Source of the DNA: Mobula hypostoma
Taxonomy: Eukaryota
NCBI RefSeq assembly: GCF_963921235.1
Contig: NC_086097.1
Span: forward strand, 194,248,001-194,312,000
Direction: 5' to 3'
DNA length: 64,000 bases
In this document: positions 11,731 to 24,099 of the stretch, one piece after another
How positions within the stretch are numbered: the first letter of the stretch is position 1
How the letters are laid out: each line of letters starts with the position of its first letter
Notes under the pieces: model-generated
Database searches by the model: none
What the model was told of the DNA's origin: nothing
What the model saw: the letters and a program-made list of their open reading frames with translations, nothing else
Program-made: the position numbers and the translations under genes

Positions 11731-11969
11731 GAATGGGTGTCCACTGGTGCATAGAATGGCCTTATATATGTTACACAACTTTATTCGTAATTTAAAAAAA
11801 TTCAGAATGATGTAGACAAAGCAGTAAATATTACTCAACATTTAAAGTTGACAAAGTTGTGAGTAAGTATTTTACAGGCAAAGTTGTCAGCAAAGTTTCA
11901 AGGACAAAGTCTCTGCACATGTACTGCTCAAAGTTGTACTCTGTGTACATACTTAGATAATACTTAGAT

Positions 11970-12333
11970 TTCGGGTAGATGAACTCGTCAGCCTAGGAAG
12001 GCAGTCCATCTAAGAGAGGGAAAACTCTGATTTCGAACCTCCGCTGCCTTGCAGCCATACCCACTCATGGGAAAGGCTTTGGGAGTAAACCCTGAGGACA
12101 AATCCAGAGCTGGAGTCCCTAAGGCAGTCTGACGTTGCCTTCAACCTCGTTCCGGCAACTCCTGCGACAACACTGGTGCCAAGCTGTACTGGCCCTTGCC
12201 CTTCCCTTGGACAACATCGGTGTCTTGGAGAGGGGAAACTTGCTGCATTGGCAACTGCCGTTCTTCCATACAACCTTGCCTAGGCCTGCGCCCATGGGCT
12301 CACGAGACTAACGGATGCCACCTATCACCTATC
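11970..12333 (+). mobile_element. Short non-autonomous retroposon, family uncertain (RTE/Vingi-like)
   Basis: GC-rich block in an AT-rich intron, flanked by an acttagat direct repeat. Confidence 0.45.
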
Positions 12334-12539
12334 ACTTAGATGATAAAAGTACTTTGTGATACTACCACTAGAATTCTAGATACCTTTGCACTGAAGCCTA
12401 GAAAATAGCTAAATGGCTGTTAGCCGACATTGAACAAAATCCCATTTGAGGATATTTGTCAGTGAAATCAATCTTAATCTCTATAGACTTCATTTTTGAG
12501 CAGCTTTATTTTGGGTTACCATGCTATTTAATCTTTTGT

Positions 12540-12740
12540 AACACATACAAATGCTGGAGAAACTCCACAGGTCAGGCAGCATCTATGGAAATGAATCATC
12601 AACAGTTGAGATTTCGGGCTAAGACACTTTGAGAATGAAAGGGGAAGATGCCACAATAAGAAGAAGCCGGTGGGTGGGAGACGGTGGATGTAGTAAGAAA
12701 CTGAGAGGTGATAGGTGGAAAAGGCAAAGAGAAGGAGAAG
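12540..12740 (-). mobile_element. Penelope-derived 3'-end fragment with a degenerate hammerhead
   Basis: acacatacaaatgctggagaaactccacaggtcaggcagcatctatgg...tttcgggctaagac. Confidence 0.7.
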
Positions 12741-12784
12741 TGAATATTCATATACTTAAGGTAATCTAACTACTCTAATTTTAC

Positions 12785-12952
12785 CTCTTCCGTACTTCCC
12801 AGGTCAAGGTTAGAAATTTGGGTTGGAGGTCCCGCAGTCAGATGAATTCTTACATAGTCTACAAATTCACGCCAAGCAAAACAAATTTCTTTGTGACCAG
12901 TGCGTCCTGGTAAAAACTTTATTCCCCGAACAACCATATGCTGGTTATTTTC
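12785..12952 (-). CDS. SMCHD1: SMCHD1 exon (~human exon 29), 168 nt
   Basis: ENNQHMVVRGIKFLPGRTGHKEICFAWREFVDYVRIHLTAGPP...STEE; ttccag / GTAAAA. Confidence 0.94.
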
Positions 12953-13424
12953 CTGGAAGTAGTAAAAGAATGATGAGCTCAGAATCATATAGAAGCTATC
13001 ATATAACTGTAGATACATCATGTCTACATAGAAAAGTTTAAGACACTTAATCAAGTATTGACTGAAGATATTTGAACGTTAAAAAAGCCAAAATTTGTAT
13101 TGTCAATTCTTTTATTAAGAAAAAAAGAATTGTCAAAGTTAGCTTAAAGTTGTCAAAGTTATACTTAAGAATTTGGATATATACTGTGATGGATTTTAAG
13201 GAGTTTAATTCTCAATAGAGCACTTCAAATCATGCTGTCCAAATGCTGGACATAGAGTCCAGCACACTCAATATACATACACCCATATACATAAGCATTT
13301 GGGAGACTGGTAGAATAGATTTTCAAGCTCGTGTAGGCATCTTCTGCCCGGTGCAAACTTTCTTTGCAGCTGTGTTTTTGACTGTGAACTATTGAAGTTA
13401 GGACAGAAAAGGGGATGCCATAGG

Positions 13425-14230
13425 GTTGTTTTTGTGACTAGGTGCCTGTGATTAATGGCATTCCCAGAGGATCTGTGAAAGGTCTCCTGTTGTTTGTAAC
13501 ATACATGAATGATTTAATTGTGGATGTAGGTAGTACAAGTTCACAGATGACTATAAGATTGGAGTTGCTGATGGCGTGGGGGGCATTCTTTGGCCCCCAC
13601 AATCATATCCACATATTTGTGAAATGACAGCAAAATGGAGTTTAATCTAGATAAGTGCAAGGTGATGCACTTTGGGAGCTTTGTTGAAACTAAGACATAG
13701 AGCATCAATGCTAAGTTCTTAAAAAAAAAAGCACTGAAGGGATGAGAGGCCTCGGTGTGCAAGTCCAACTTTGAAGGTGGCAGTGCAATGTAATAAATGG
13801 TTAAGACATATGGGATGCTTGCCTATTTAGAGTGGAGATTCTGCTCCAACTTTATGAAACATTGATCAGGCCTCATCTAGAGTACCGTGTGCAGTTCTGG
13901 TCACCACACGAGAGATAATGCTACAAAAGGTGCAGAGAAAACTCAACGAGATGCTTCAGGGATAGAGCATTTTAGTTATGAGGGGAGGCTTAGGCCAGAC
14001 CTACTTTCCCTGGAGCGAAGCTTGTAAGGGACTATGATTAAAGTATATGTGAGTATGGGAGGCATATATAGTGTAGATTTCAGGCATCACTTTTCTCCTT
14101 AGAAGGTGAATAAAAGCAAAGGACCTAGATTTAAAATAAAATGTAAGAAATTCATCCAGAGTTTGCAATTACCTTGAATGCACTACCACGGAGAGAGTGG
14201 TGAATGCAGATTTGCTAACATATTTAAGGC
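13425..14230 (+). mobile_element. Degraded CR1 LINE fragment
   Basis: GIPRGSV..LLFVTYMNDL; ctagagtaccgtgtgcagttctggtcacc (LEYCVQFWSP-like). Confidence 0.75.
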
Positions 14231-14362
14231 TAAATTCTAACTTATAAAGAACTATAATGTTGTGGATTTTTTTTGCAAAAGCACATGCTTATTTTTTAAA
14301 AAATCAAATATTACCTAGAAAAAGAGACATGCAAAAATTATATTTAAATATGGATGCTTTAC

Positions 14363-14481
14363 CTGCCAAATGATTTTTAATGAGTTCTTGTCGAGTCCGT
14401 CAGCAGCCACTCCCAATAAATTTATACAAGAGGATGTTAGGTTCTGAATATGATTGCCATGTCGATCAGTAAGCATTGCAT
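14363..14481 (-). CDS. SMCHD1: SMCHD1 exon (~human exon 28), 119 nt
   Basis: (Y)AMLTDRHGNHIQNLTSSCINLLGVAADGLDKNSLKIIWQ; tttttag / GTAAAG; follows a 113-nt intron. Confidence 0.92.
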
Positions 14482-14594
14482 CTAAAAATCAAAAAATTAT
14501 TTTACATCAAGATGAACTTCAACTTCATACTGACATTTAAAAAAAAATTACACGAATGATCAAGCATACAATGTTACAATAAAACAAAACTTAC

Positions 14595-14683
14595 ATATTT
14601 CTCCTTGTAATTCTTCACCCATCTGGACAGTGCTTAATCCTTTCAAAGAACATTTCAAAAGCTTGGGTTCATCTGGCTGTGGT
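14595..14683 (-). CDS. SMCHD1: SMCHD1 exon (~human exon 27), 89 nt
   Basis: [29 protein letters not shown]; tttaaag / GTAAGT. Confidence 0.93.
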
Positions 14684-15175
14684 CTTTAAAAAATGAATTG
14701 TAACATATTAAATTAAAGTTACGATTTTCTTCAATTGACTCGAAGGGCAGAGCAGCCTAATTTGCTCCGATGTCTTATGGTTTTAACTACACATCTCCAA
14801 GACTCCAGCTTCTAGCATCCTAAGCCAGCATGGTTCAATTTAAAAATTAATTTACAAATACAGCTCAAAAGCTCTATTTTCTAGGGAAATGTTCTCAGGC
14901 TACAATAATCAGTTGATTCTATATATGTGATTTACTTTCGGGTCTCAAACCTGACTGCAATGCATTTCACTATGCTTGGGATTCTTCTGCTTCATACATT
15001 TACTTACTTTTCTTTCTCTTATACCACCCGCCCACTACCCGACCTTGCCTTATATACAATTCAGCTATATTCCTTTATTATACTTCTTCTCCTATATGAA
15101 GGATATTTTAAAATTAAGGACCGACTGTAAAGCATGTGGCAAATTTGTAAAAGGCATACATCATATGTTTTCATA

Positions 15176-16085
15176 TATAGTGGATTCTGGTTAATTGGGC
15201 CATCAGTTAATCAGGGCAACTGCTTATTTGGGACAACTTTTAAAGAACAAATACTAATCGAGAAGATAGCTGTGTTTCCCTTCATTATTTGGGATGCTAT
15301 GCCACTAATTGGGACAGGAGACTGTTCTGAACAACTTCTAAATAGTGTTAGTCACATGAACTTGTGTGGCCATTAGACACCACACCATTAAAAGTTTTTA
15401 AATAGCATTAGTTACACGTGTTTGTGATTTAATGACTTCAACATGTTAGGACTACAGAAAGTTTGGACGCATTGACAATCATCCTAAATATTACAATGAA
15501 AAAGACGATTTGGAAGATGCAGGCTGTCTATTGTCTGCACTAATATTGTTCACTTACAGTCAATCAAAAGAACACAGAAGTGTGTTGGTGTCTGTCGTAC
15601 CCAATAATAACAGTGAAACCTGTGAGTTTTTGAAGTGGAAAAGCCACTGCAATGGGACAGTTCCACTCTCTCGACCTTAGAAGTTTGAGTCCAGTGGTAC
15701 GAGTAGTCGTCACAAACTGGTGTCTTCCCCGGTAGCAGTGGATAACCATGACTACTTCTGCGCCTTGTCATGCCCTTCGCTCACCACGAAGTATTGTAGA
15801 ACTACCTCTTCACTAGAGGTGCTACCCCTGCCTGGATACCCCATACATTTCAGAATTCACAGAATTAATCCTTCTGTCAATAACTATAAGAACTAATGCA
15901 CTTTTACTGTACTGTAGCAGGATTGGTAGTGTTCTAATTCAGTATTTCATTTAAATGCATAATTTGTTACTCAGTTAAATAGTTTGTCTGTTTTTATATA
16001 CCTTTTTAACTATTAAGGGGAGGCTGCTTAATTGGGCCAAAATGTACTGGTCCTGATGTGTCCCAATTAACTGGAATCCACTGTA
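15176..16085. mobile_element. Tigger/pogo-type non-autonomous DNA transposon with an internal insertion (~15640-15845)
   Basis: TA-flanked TIRs tagtggattctggttaattggg / cccaattaactggaatccactg. Confidence 0.8.
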
Positions 16086-16962
16086 TTAGAATAAGAGGGG
16101 GAAAAAAAACACACAGCATGACAGAATATACAAAACTTACATAGATTCTAAAACTGTTCTTAAATTTCTACAATGTAAATCCTCTGGGTAAAGTAAACGG
16201 AATAATCTAAGAATCTGCTTGAGACCTCGTGGGATTTTGAGCAAAACCTGCCAAGTGCATTGACTAGCAGGTGACAGTCAGATAGATGGGTACCAGAACT
16301 CTATGCACATTATATTATATGAGCTGCCAGCCCCGGTGGTGAAGGTGGAAACGATAGGGTCTTTTAAGAGACTCCTGGTTAGCTACATGGAGCTTAGAAA
16401 AATAGAGAGCTATGGGTAAAGCCTAGGTAGTTCTAAGGTAGGGACATGTTCAGCACAGCTTTGTGGGCCAAAGGGCCTGTATTGTGCTGTATGTTTTCTG
16501 TGTTTCTATAATAGTATTGAAAATTATCAACATGCTAATACTGTACCTGAATAAATATCTGTATACCTCCAATACAAGTTACTGAATATTTGAAAACAAA
16601 GTCAAACAGCATTTGCAGAAGAAAATTAGTTTCTAAATATTTTGCACTCCTAATAAAGGCTACCCAACTTGTAAGGATTAACATTTATTGCCTTTATTGG
16701 ATAGGTACTTGAGGCATGATTGAGGTTTGCTGTGAATAAATGAAATAATATTGTCTGTGAGAATAGAAATTCATCCATTCCAATATTTTTGAGAAACAGT
16801 GGGCTTTGCATAAATTAAAACGAAGTGAACAATGGAGAAGGTATTTTCGAGTGTCTAATCCATATTTTGTAGTTCATACAGAGAGTAATTTATACAAATA
16901 CATCTAAATGGAATGCACATTGACCTGACTGGTAAGGACAAGATAAAGGCTCCTTTGCTTAC

Positions 16963-17111
16963 TTTACTGTAAATGCACTCTCCAGTGAAACATGATCATC
17001 TTGGTATGATACCTGACAATAACGCATATCCTTAACAGAGCAAGGTACTTTTACATCAGGCAATAACCCTTGAATTAAATGTTCTCTATTTATACGTGGT
17101 GTCCAGTTGAC
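16963..17111 (-). CDS. SMCHD1: SMCHD1 exon (~human exon 26), 149 nt
   Basis: [49 protein letters not shown](K); ttttag / GTAAGC. Confidence 0.96.
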
Positions 17112-17544
17112 CTAAAATATAAAATAATTAAGCATTTGGTTAAAGAAAAAAGAGCAAAACTTCAATGCAGTGTTAAAATAAACCATTGATCTGTATGTCA
17201 AATTATATTAAACATAAGTTATATTAAATTCATATTGTACTGGAAAAGTTATATGAAATTTGATTTTACTGAACTTGATTAATTTTTGACTAATCTAAAA
17301 TTGATGCTGAAAAATGCAAATAGGTGTTCAAAGTGATGACTTTGAAATATCACCATCACAAAATGAGTGCAAAACAGTGTGAATTTGCTCTAATTAACTA
17401 AAAGGACAATATATAAAAAAAACAGCCTAATAACAGGAATTGGAGTTGAGCAATTTATGTGTTGAAACGTTGGATCTATAATGCTTCCAAAAAGACTGCT
17501 AACTATATAATAAAAAATCTTAAAATTCTAACCAGGCAAATTCA

Positions 17545-18575
17545 GATGTGGGCAGATAAATGGCAGATGAAATTTAATCTAATTACATAAAGGAAGTATA
17601 AGTATTAGATATTAACATACCATAGGTGGTCTTGAGTTAGAAAGTACACTGTATGAGAAGGATTTGGGTGCCCTGGTAGACTCATCACTATCAACATCTA
17701 GACAATGCACAGAGGCAATTAGGAGGGCTAACAGAATGCGAACAAAATGAAAATTATGAAAGGGATAGATAGATAGAGGCAGGAAAGTTGTTTCCACTGG
17801 ATGGTAGATTAGAATTAGGGGACAGAGCCTCAAGATTTGGGGTGTAGATTTAGGATGGAGATGAGAAGGAACTGCTTTTCCCAGGGAGTGGTGAGTCTGG
17901 TATTCTCTGCCCAATGAAGCAGTGGAGGCTACCTCAGTTATATATTTAAGACATGGTTGGATAGATTTTTGCATAGTAGGGGAATTAAGGGTTATGGGGA
18001 AGTAGGTGGAGATGCCCACGGCCAGATCAGGCATGATCTTATTGAATGACGGAGCAGGCTCGACAGGCCAGATGGCCTATTCCTGCTCCTATTTCTTATG
18101 TTGGGCTATATAATGTGCTCAGTGGAGGCCACACCTTGAATATTGTGTGAGGGATGTGAAGGTACTGGAGAGCCCAGAGAAGGACTAGACTCATTCCAGG
18201 TCAGCAGGGTATGAGCTATGAAAAAGACTGAAAGAATTAAATTTTTTTAGCCTAAGTGAATGTAGAATGAGAGGAGACATGATAGAAATGTTCAAAATCA
18301 TTAAGGATATAAGTAGATGCCAGCTGCTACTTCAAAATTAATCCATCAAAGACACGGGTCCATAGGTGGAGACTGGTTAAAGGAAGCATTTCTTTATACA
18401 GCGAGTTGTGGACACACGGAACAAACTACCTAGTTGTGTAGTTGAGAGTAGTACCTTCGAGAATTTCAAATCTAAACTCCACAGTTATTTCAACACACTA
18501 TGTGAATAGGAATTTGGCAAGCTTTGTTGGGCCGAATGGCCTGTTCTTGTCAAAAACTTTCTAATGTCCTAATGA
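17545..18575 (+). mobile_element. CR1 fragment containing a nested younger CR1 3' end (~17742-18102)
   Basis: WADKWQMKFN; inner element ends cctgctcctatttcttatgtt; outer ends gggccgaatggcctgttct...ctaatgtcctaat. Confidence 0.75.
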
Positions 18576-19761
18576 ATTTCGAAGACAGGATACTGCACAA
18601 TGCAGAGCAAGGACAAGCATCTGAAACAGTCACCTACTGACTGGAGTAAGTGATTTTGCTTTCAAAGTATCAACCAAATGAAACCAGAGGAGGAGTAAAA
18701 CAAACCCTGGGGTCTGCATTTGTTTAACAGAATAGGTCCATGCCAAGGCTGAAAGAGACAAAAGCATAAAACAACCTGAAGGAATTTGTCAAGGTGTGTT
18801 ACGTTGGTCTTGAGTAGGAAGAGATGTGAAGATTTGACAATTAAGCTTATAAACAGCCAGTGAACAAATTACAGGTAGTTTCAAAACAGGGCTATCAGGA
18901 GTGAAAGAATTAAGTACCATGAATTTATATCTGCATATTTACAATAAGTTGCTAAAAGCAGGGTCACCACATATAATACTGAGGAACAAATAGGCTGGTA
19001 AGGTAGACAAATGGGATTTACTGAGATCAAATGTAATGAGACAATAAAAGAAACAGTTGGAAATTAAGTTAATTGTTATTAATGGTGGGGAACAGTAGTG
19101 CATATGTACACATGATATAATGAGAGACCTGAATTTTATAATAAAGTCAGGAAGGAAAATAAACACAAAGTTTAACATTTTTTCTTTAAAACTAAGCAGA
19201 ATTTAACCCAAAGATTACATAATTCTGTCCAATATTCTACTGCAGGGAATCCAGAGATACAGATCAGTGAAGGAAAGAACAATCAAAGGAATATCAACTT
19301 CAAACACTTCTTGTCATCCACATATTGTTTTGAGTTTGATATCTCTAATTTCAGGAAAAAAAGACCAAGGAAAATACCTAATTTCAGAATCTTTACTCAT
19401 TAATTCAATCTCAATAATTTAAATTGATATTATGACTGTTTCAATTCTCAGAAGAAAACCACACAGATAATTTATAGATCTTTGATCAAGAAGACAGAAA
19501 GTAATTTTGTTATTACGTGATCAATAGAATGCTCAAGATGTAAAAAAGAAAAAACTGATTGCATGTTAAGTGAAGAAGTAAGAGAGCTAATGTCTCTAAA
19601 ACTTTGTTAGTGATTAGCTTTTAAGTTTGGAAGTTCATGTCACCAGCAAAGCAGGCCAAATTATCTCATGCTGTAATTTCAATTACTCTTAGACATTTGC
19701 ATTTTAAACAATGTAATATTATACAGAATGTTAATCAAATGAGCTAAAGATGAGTATCTAC

Positions 19762-19989
19762 CTTAATTTTTTCAGCTAGAGATGAATTGACAACAATCTG
19801 CCGATCACCCTCATCATACATCCGAAAGATAAGGTTATGAATTGTGTCACCAGCTATCCAATCAATTTCATCCTGGTGTTTAATATGTATCGATTTCTGT
19901 CCATCCATACTGAATATTTGTAGTTTGGCAACTTGAGTGCTAGGCAGCAATTTGATTACTTTCTCCAATGAAGGAACATCTTTGTAGCT
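19762..19989 (-). CDS. SMCHD1: SMCHD1 exon (~human exon 25), 228 nt
   Basis: [26 protein letters not shown]...[13 protein letters not shown]...LAEKIK; atgcag / GTAGAT. Confidence 0.95.
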
Positions 19990-20829
19990 CTGCATATTAA
20001 GAACAACACATTTTTTTTTAATAAAGACAAGATTCTGGAGAACATTTGGCCCATTGAATCTGCTCTGCCATTTCATCATGGCTGATGCATTTCCCTCTCC
20101 GCCCCAGTCCCCTGTAATGCATCATGCCCTGACTCATCAAGAACCTATCAACCTCTGCCTTAAATAGACTACTTGACCTGCTGAGCTCCTCCAGCATCTT
20201 TCATGGATTTCTATATCACCTTAACAAACAATGACATAAAATATGAAAAAAAATTTCTGGTGGAAATATCTTAGTACCTTTTTCAACTGATAGCACTTAC
20301 ATGAATTAACAAGCACCATAAAATTGAAATTTTGTGAACAATTTGTACACAAATTTTATCATAGCAAGTTTGTCCAAGTTTGGTTCAACAAAAAAAATAC
20401 AAATATTCAAATGAAGGAAACTGGCAATAATTGCATTGCACTCAGGAAAAAAGAGCAAATCTAGAAGAAAATATGGCAACTATTGAACTGACAGTTTGTC
20501 ACTGTGTTGCTAAACAGAAGTGAAATACTGGCTGTCCCCAGTTGGCAGAGTGTAATCTGAACCCCTGTGATCACTGACATCAATAGTTTGCAACCTACGG
20601 TCAGCTATTCTCCTTCCCTCTTTCTATATTATTTGCTAAGTCCTTTCTGCAAAAGTCCTTTATCAGTTCATCTTCAACAAAATAGTACTGTCAAAATATT
20701 ATACCCATTTCCAAAAAAGCATAATGAATCAGCATAGTAATCTAGAAAAAGGACATCCCAAAACCAGAAAAAAAATGGGTTAGCATTTGATAGTCTGCAC
20801 AAAGTGACTAATCTTTTTACATGCATTGA

Positions 20830-21690
20830 GAAAGAAGGTACAAGAGCCTCAGGACTTGCACCACCAGGTTGAAGAACAGTTACTACCTCTCAACCATCTG
20901 ACATCTGGACAAAGGGGATAACTACACTTAATTGCCCATCCATGGAGATGTTCCCACAACCAACGATCTCACTTTAAGGACTCATTTTCTCTTGTTACTT
21001 CATGATCTCATTATTTATATTTGCATTTGCACTGTTGTCTTCTCCACTCTACTTGACCTTTCTTTGATCCTGTTCATTACTAGAATTAGAATTAGAATTA
21101 GATGTACTTTATTAATCCCGAGGGAAATTTGGTTTTGTTACAGCTGCACCAACCAAGAATAGAGCGTAAATATAGCAATACAAAAAACCCCAACAATCAA
21201 ACAACAAAATGCAAACTATGCCAGATGGAAAATAAGTCCAGGACCAGTCTATTGGCTCAGGGTGTCTGACCCTCCACGGGAGGAGCTGCACGTTCGATGG
21301 CCACAGGCAGGAACAACCTCCTGTGTCGCCAGTGTTGTATCACGGTGAAATGTGGCCGAAGTCCAACAGTAAAAAGTTCAATATCCAGTCTGCAAACATG
21401 TTCCTCGATCGTAATATACCCCGGATTGCACCATCCGTTGTTAACCAGAACAGTAAGCACAAAACTCCTTTACGCTTACTGCTCTCGGTGCACTTCCGGT
21501 CAGCCGGAACGGTATTACCCACCAAACTCCTCTTCTCCATAAGTCTCTGTTGTCTCGACCCGGTCCTCTTTCCTCGACTTTGTGATCTATTCTATAGATC
21601 TGCTGAGTATGCCTCCAGGAAAATGAATCACAGGGTTGCATATGGTGACATATACACAACTCTGATAATAAAATTTACTTTGTACTTTGT
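20830..21690 (+). mobile_element. Rex1-like 3' end interrupted by an opposite-strand retroelement with a (ttctaa)n tail (~21081-21587)
   Basis: gaaggtacaagagcctcaggac...; tagaattagaattagaattaga; resumes at tattctatagat...gataataaaatttactttg. Confidence 0.65.
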
Positions 21691-23123
21691 AGAAGGGATG
21701 TGGAGAAATATAGTTGACATGCTAGTAGACTTGAAACGCATTTGATAATATATCACATACCACAACTATTAACAAAATTGAAGCAAATATAATTAAAAAC
21801 ACTGACTGCATGAGCACAAGATGAACGAGAGGACAGAAAGTAATTTTGTTATTTTTATTTTAAAAAGGTAGAGAGAAGAAGTGATTTTTTTTCTTTTTTA
21901 AAACAGGCAACTAGTCTCACTCATTTTTGCATTTCTTAGAGATATCCACAAACTCGTGGCAATCTAGTAACCTCTCAAAAAGTATAATTTTCAATTAAAG
22001 CAGTCTCCACACAATGTTCCAGTATTCATAGACCTTTTATCCTATCCCTTGTGATGAGCAGTCTTTATTTGATGTAGTGTGGTTATTGAATTTGCTCAGA
22101 ATGCCCGCAAGAAAACACAATTTCAGGGCTGTATATAGTGACATAAATGATAAATCAATTTACTTCGAACTTTTACATGGAGTTCCTAGCTTTGCTTGAA
22201 TCAAATTTATTTTGTTCATTAACATCTACTAAATTATTAAAACTTCGATTATTAAAACTTATAACTAATTTTGTTGAAATGGAAAACATCAATCCCAGTT
22301 CCAACTATATCTTTATTTCCATTATTTGATCCAATAGCTTATGCTTGTTTCATTTTTGATTCTTCATTATTTTCTAGAAACCAGAAGGCTGCCAATGTTT
22401 CCAAAAATACATATATCAAAGTTGCTTTAGTGAACTGCATGAAATGATTTGCTGCAATTACCTAAAACTCAAATCTTCATTTTGAGAACCGCCAGAGATA
22501 ATTTTTAAATCAAATCTATGCGAATGAAACATTTAAACCTGCATAAATAAACCACATGCTGGACTTCGGTTGTTCAGTTCCACATATTTAAGTCAAATGC
22601 TCATATAAATTCATTAACAAGTCAATCCAAATGTTACTGATCAGCTGATTCACGATCATCATTTTATATTATGTAAAATTATTTTATTTTGCAATAGTAC
22701 ATTACAAAGAAAAAATTACAAATAAATAGTGCAAAACAAAAACAGGAAGAGTTCTCAGACTGTTCAGAGATCTGATGTGGAGGCAAAGAAGCCGTTTCTG
22801 CATTTCAACCTGGATCTCATAAAACTCAAATTTACATCTACTAGTTTATTTGCAAAACCATCTCAGATGAATAACTGTTCATGCTAATAATAACTGAAAT
22901 GTAACAGAAAGGGAAAATGAGGGGGAAAAACAATAAGCGAGCCATACTAGAAATATAAATTCATCACATGGCTCAAAGTGGCAAACAAACAGGAAAACAA
23001 AGGACAGTGGAAGTCAAAAAAGACAATTAGTGTATCAGTACATTTCACTTGTACAACAACATCTATTGGCTAAAGCTATCAAAGTCACAACAGAAATAGT
23101 GTTGAATAAAACAAAATTCTTAC

Positions 23124-23258
23124 CACTAACTCAATTTTTGCTTTCAATGTCTGGTCTTTTTTGATGTTCTGGACATGTATCACAGGGCCAGTTAGGATTC
23201 CAGTACCAGTATTGCTACAATCCACTGTATAGACAGGCAGATTTGGGGCACCAAGATA
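23124..23258 (-). CDS. SMCHD1: SMCHD1 exon (~human exon 24), 135 nt, phase 0-0
   Basis: [45 protein letters not shown]; aaacag / GTAAGA. Confidence 0.95.
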
Positions 23259-24099
23259 CTGTTTTAAAAAACATGTAAATGATTACAATAAAATCAATGA
23301 GAACTGAACAAGTTAATTAACAAGAGTTAGGGTGAGCACTGAGTGAATGATACAGTAAATACATAACAAACTCCTTTGGGTTCAGTTCAAACTAAATTCA
23401 GGTTAATGGAAAAGACAGCTGAACGTAACAATAAAACAATCTACGTTTGTAATTTCCATAAAGATAGAAACCTTTCCAAAGTGCAATCATTAGGGTGTGA
23501 TTTTAATCATGCTATACACGTAAGTATTTGTAATACAATTTAATAAGATTGAAATACAAACTTTTTCTTAAAAACTGATGGGTAAAATCTATCAAAAGAA
23601 AAATCCAACAGTTAATTTCAAACTGTTCAATTGCATCTTCCAGTTTCTACTAAACTCAAAGTAACTGTTCTTGCTAATAGCAGCTGAAATGCAACATAAA
23701 GGGAAAGAAGAATAAAAACCAAAAGCTAGCCATACTACAAATACAAATTCATTAACAAAAAAGCGCCTATGGATTTCCTTCCACAGATGCTGCCTGCCTT
23801 GCTGAGTTCCTGCAGCATCTTGAGTTGAGATACCAATTTTATTCTCTAATATCTTTAGAATTCATTTAATTTTAAAGTCTGGTCTCAACTTCCAGCTACT
23901 TGCTTGTTCAAAAATATTTATTCCCAATTTCATTACAATGAGACATAAGAGCAGAATTTGGTCATTCAACCTGTTAAGTCTGCTCCACCATTCCATCATG
24001 GCTGAACACTCCAGTTTCTGAGATTGCAATATCCATTAATCTTATAGTTCCAATTTTATGAATTCTAAGTTCCTTGATGACAATCAGAAAATCAACAAT

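Noticed and set aside
11840..11940. Cluster of caaagtt motifs (also at ~13110-13165)
   Set aside because: Short, irregularly spaced, low complexity; not a CRISPR array or a defined tandem repeat
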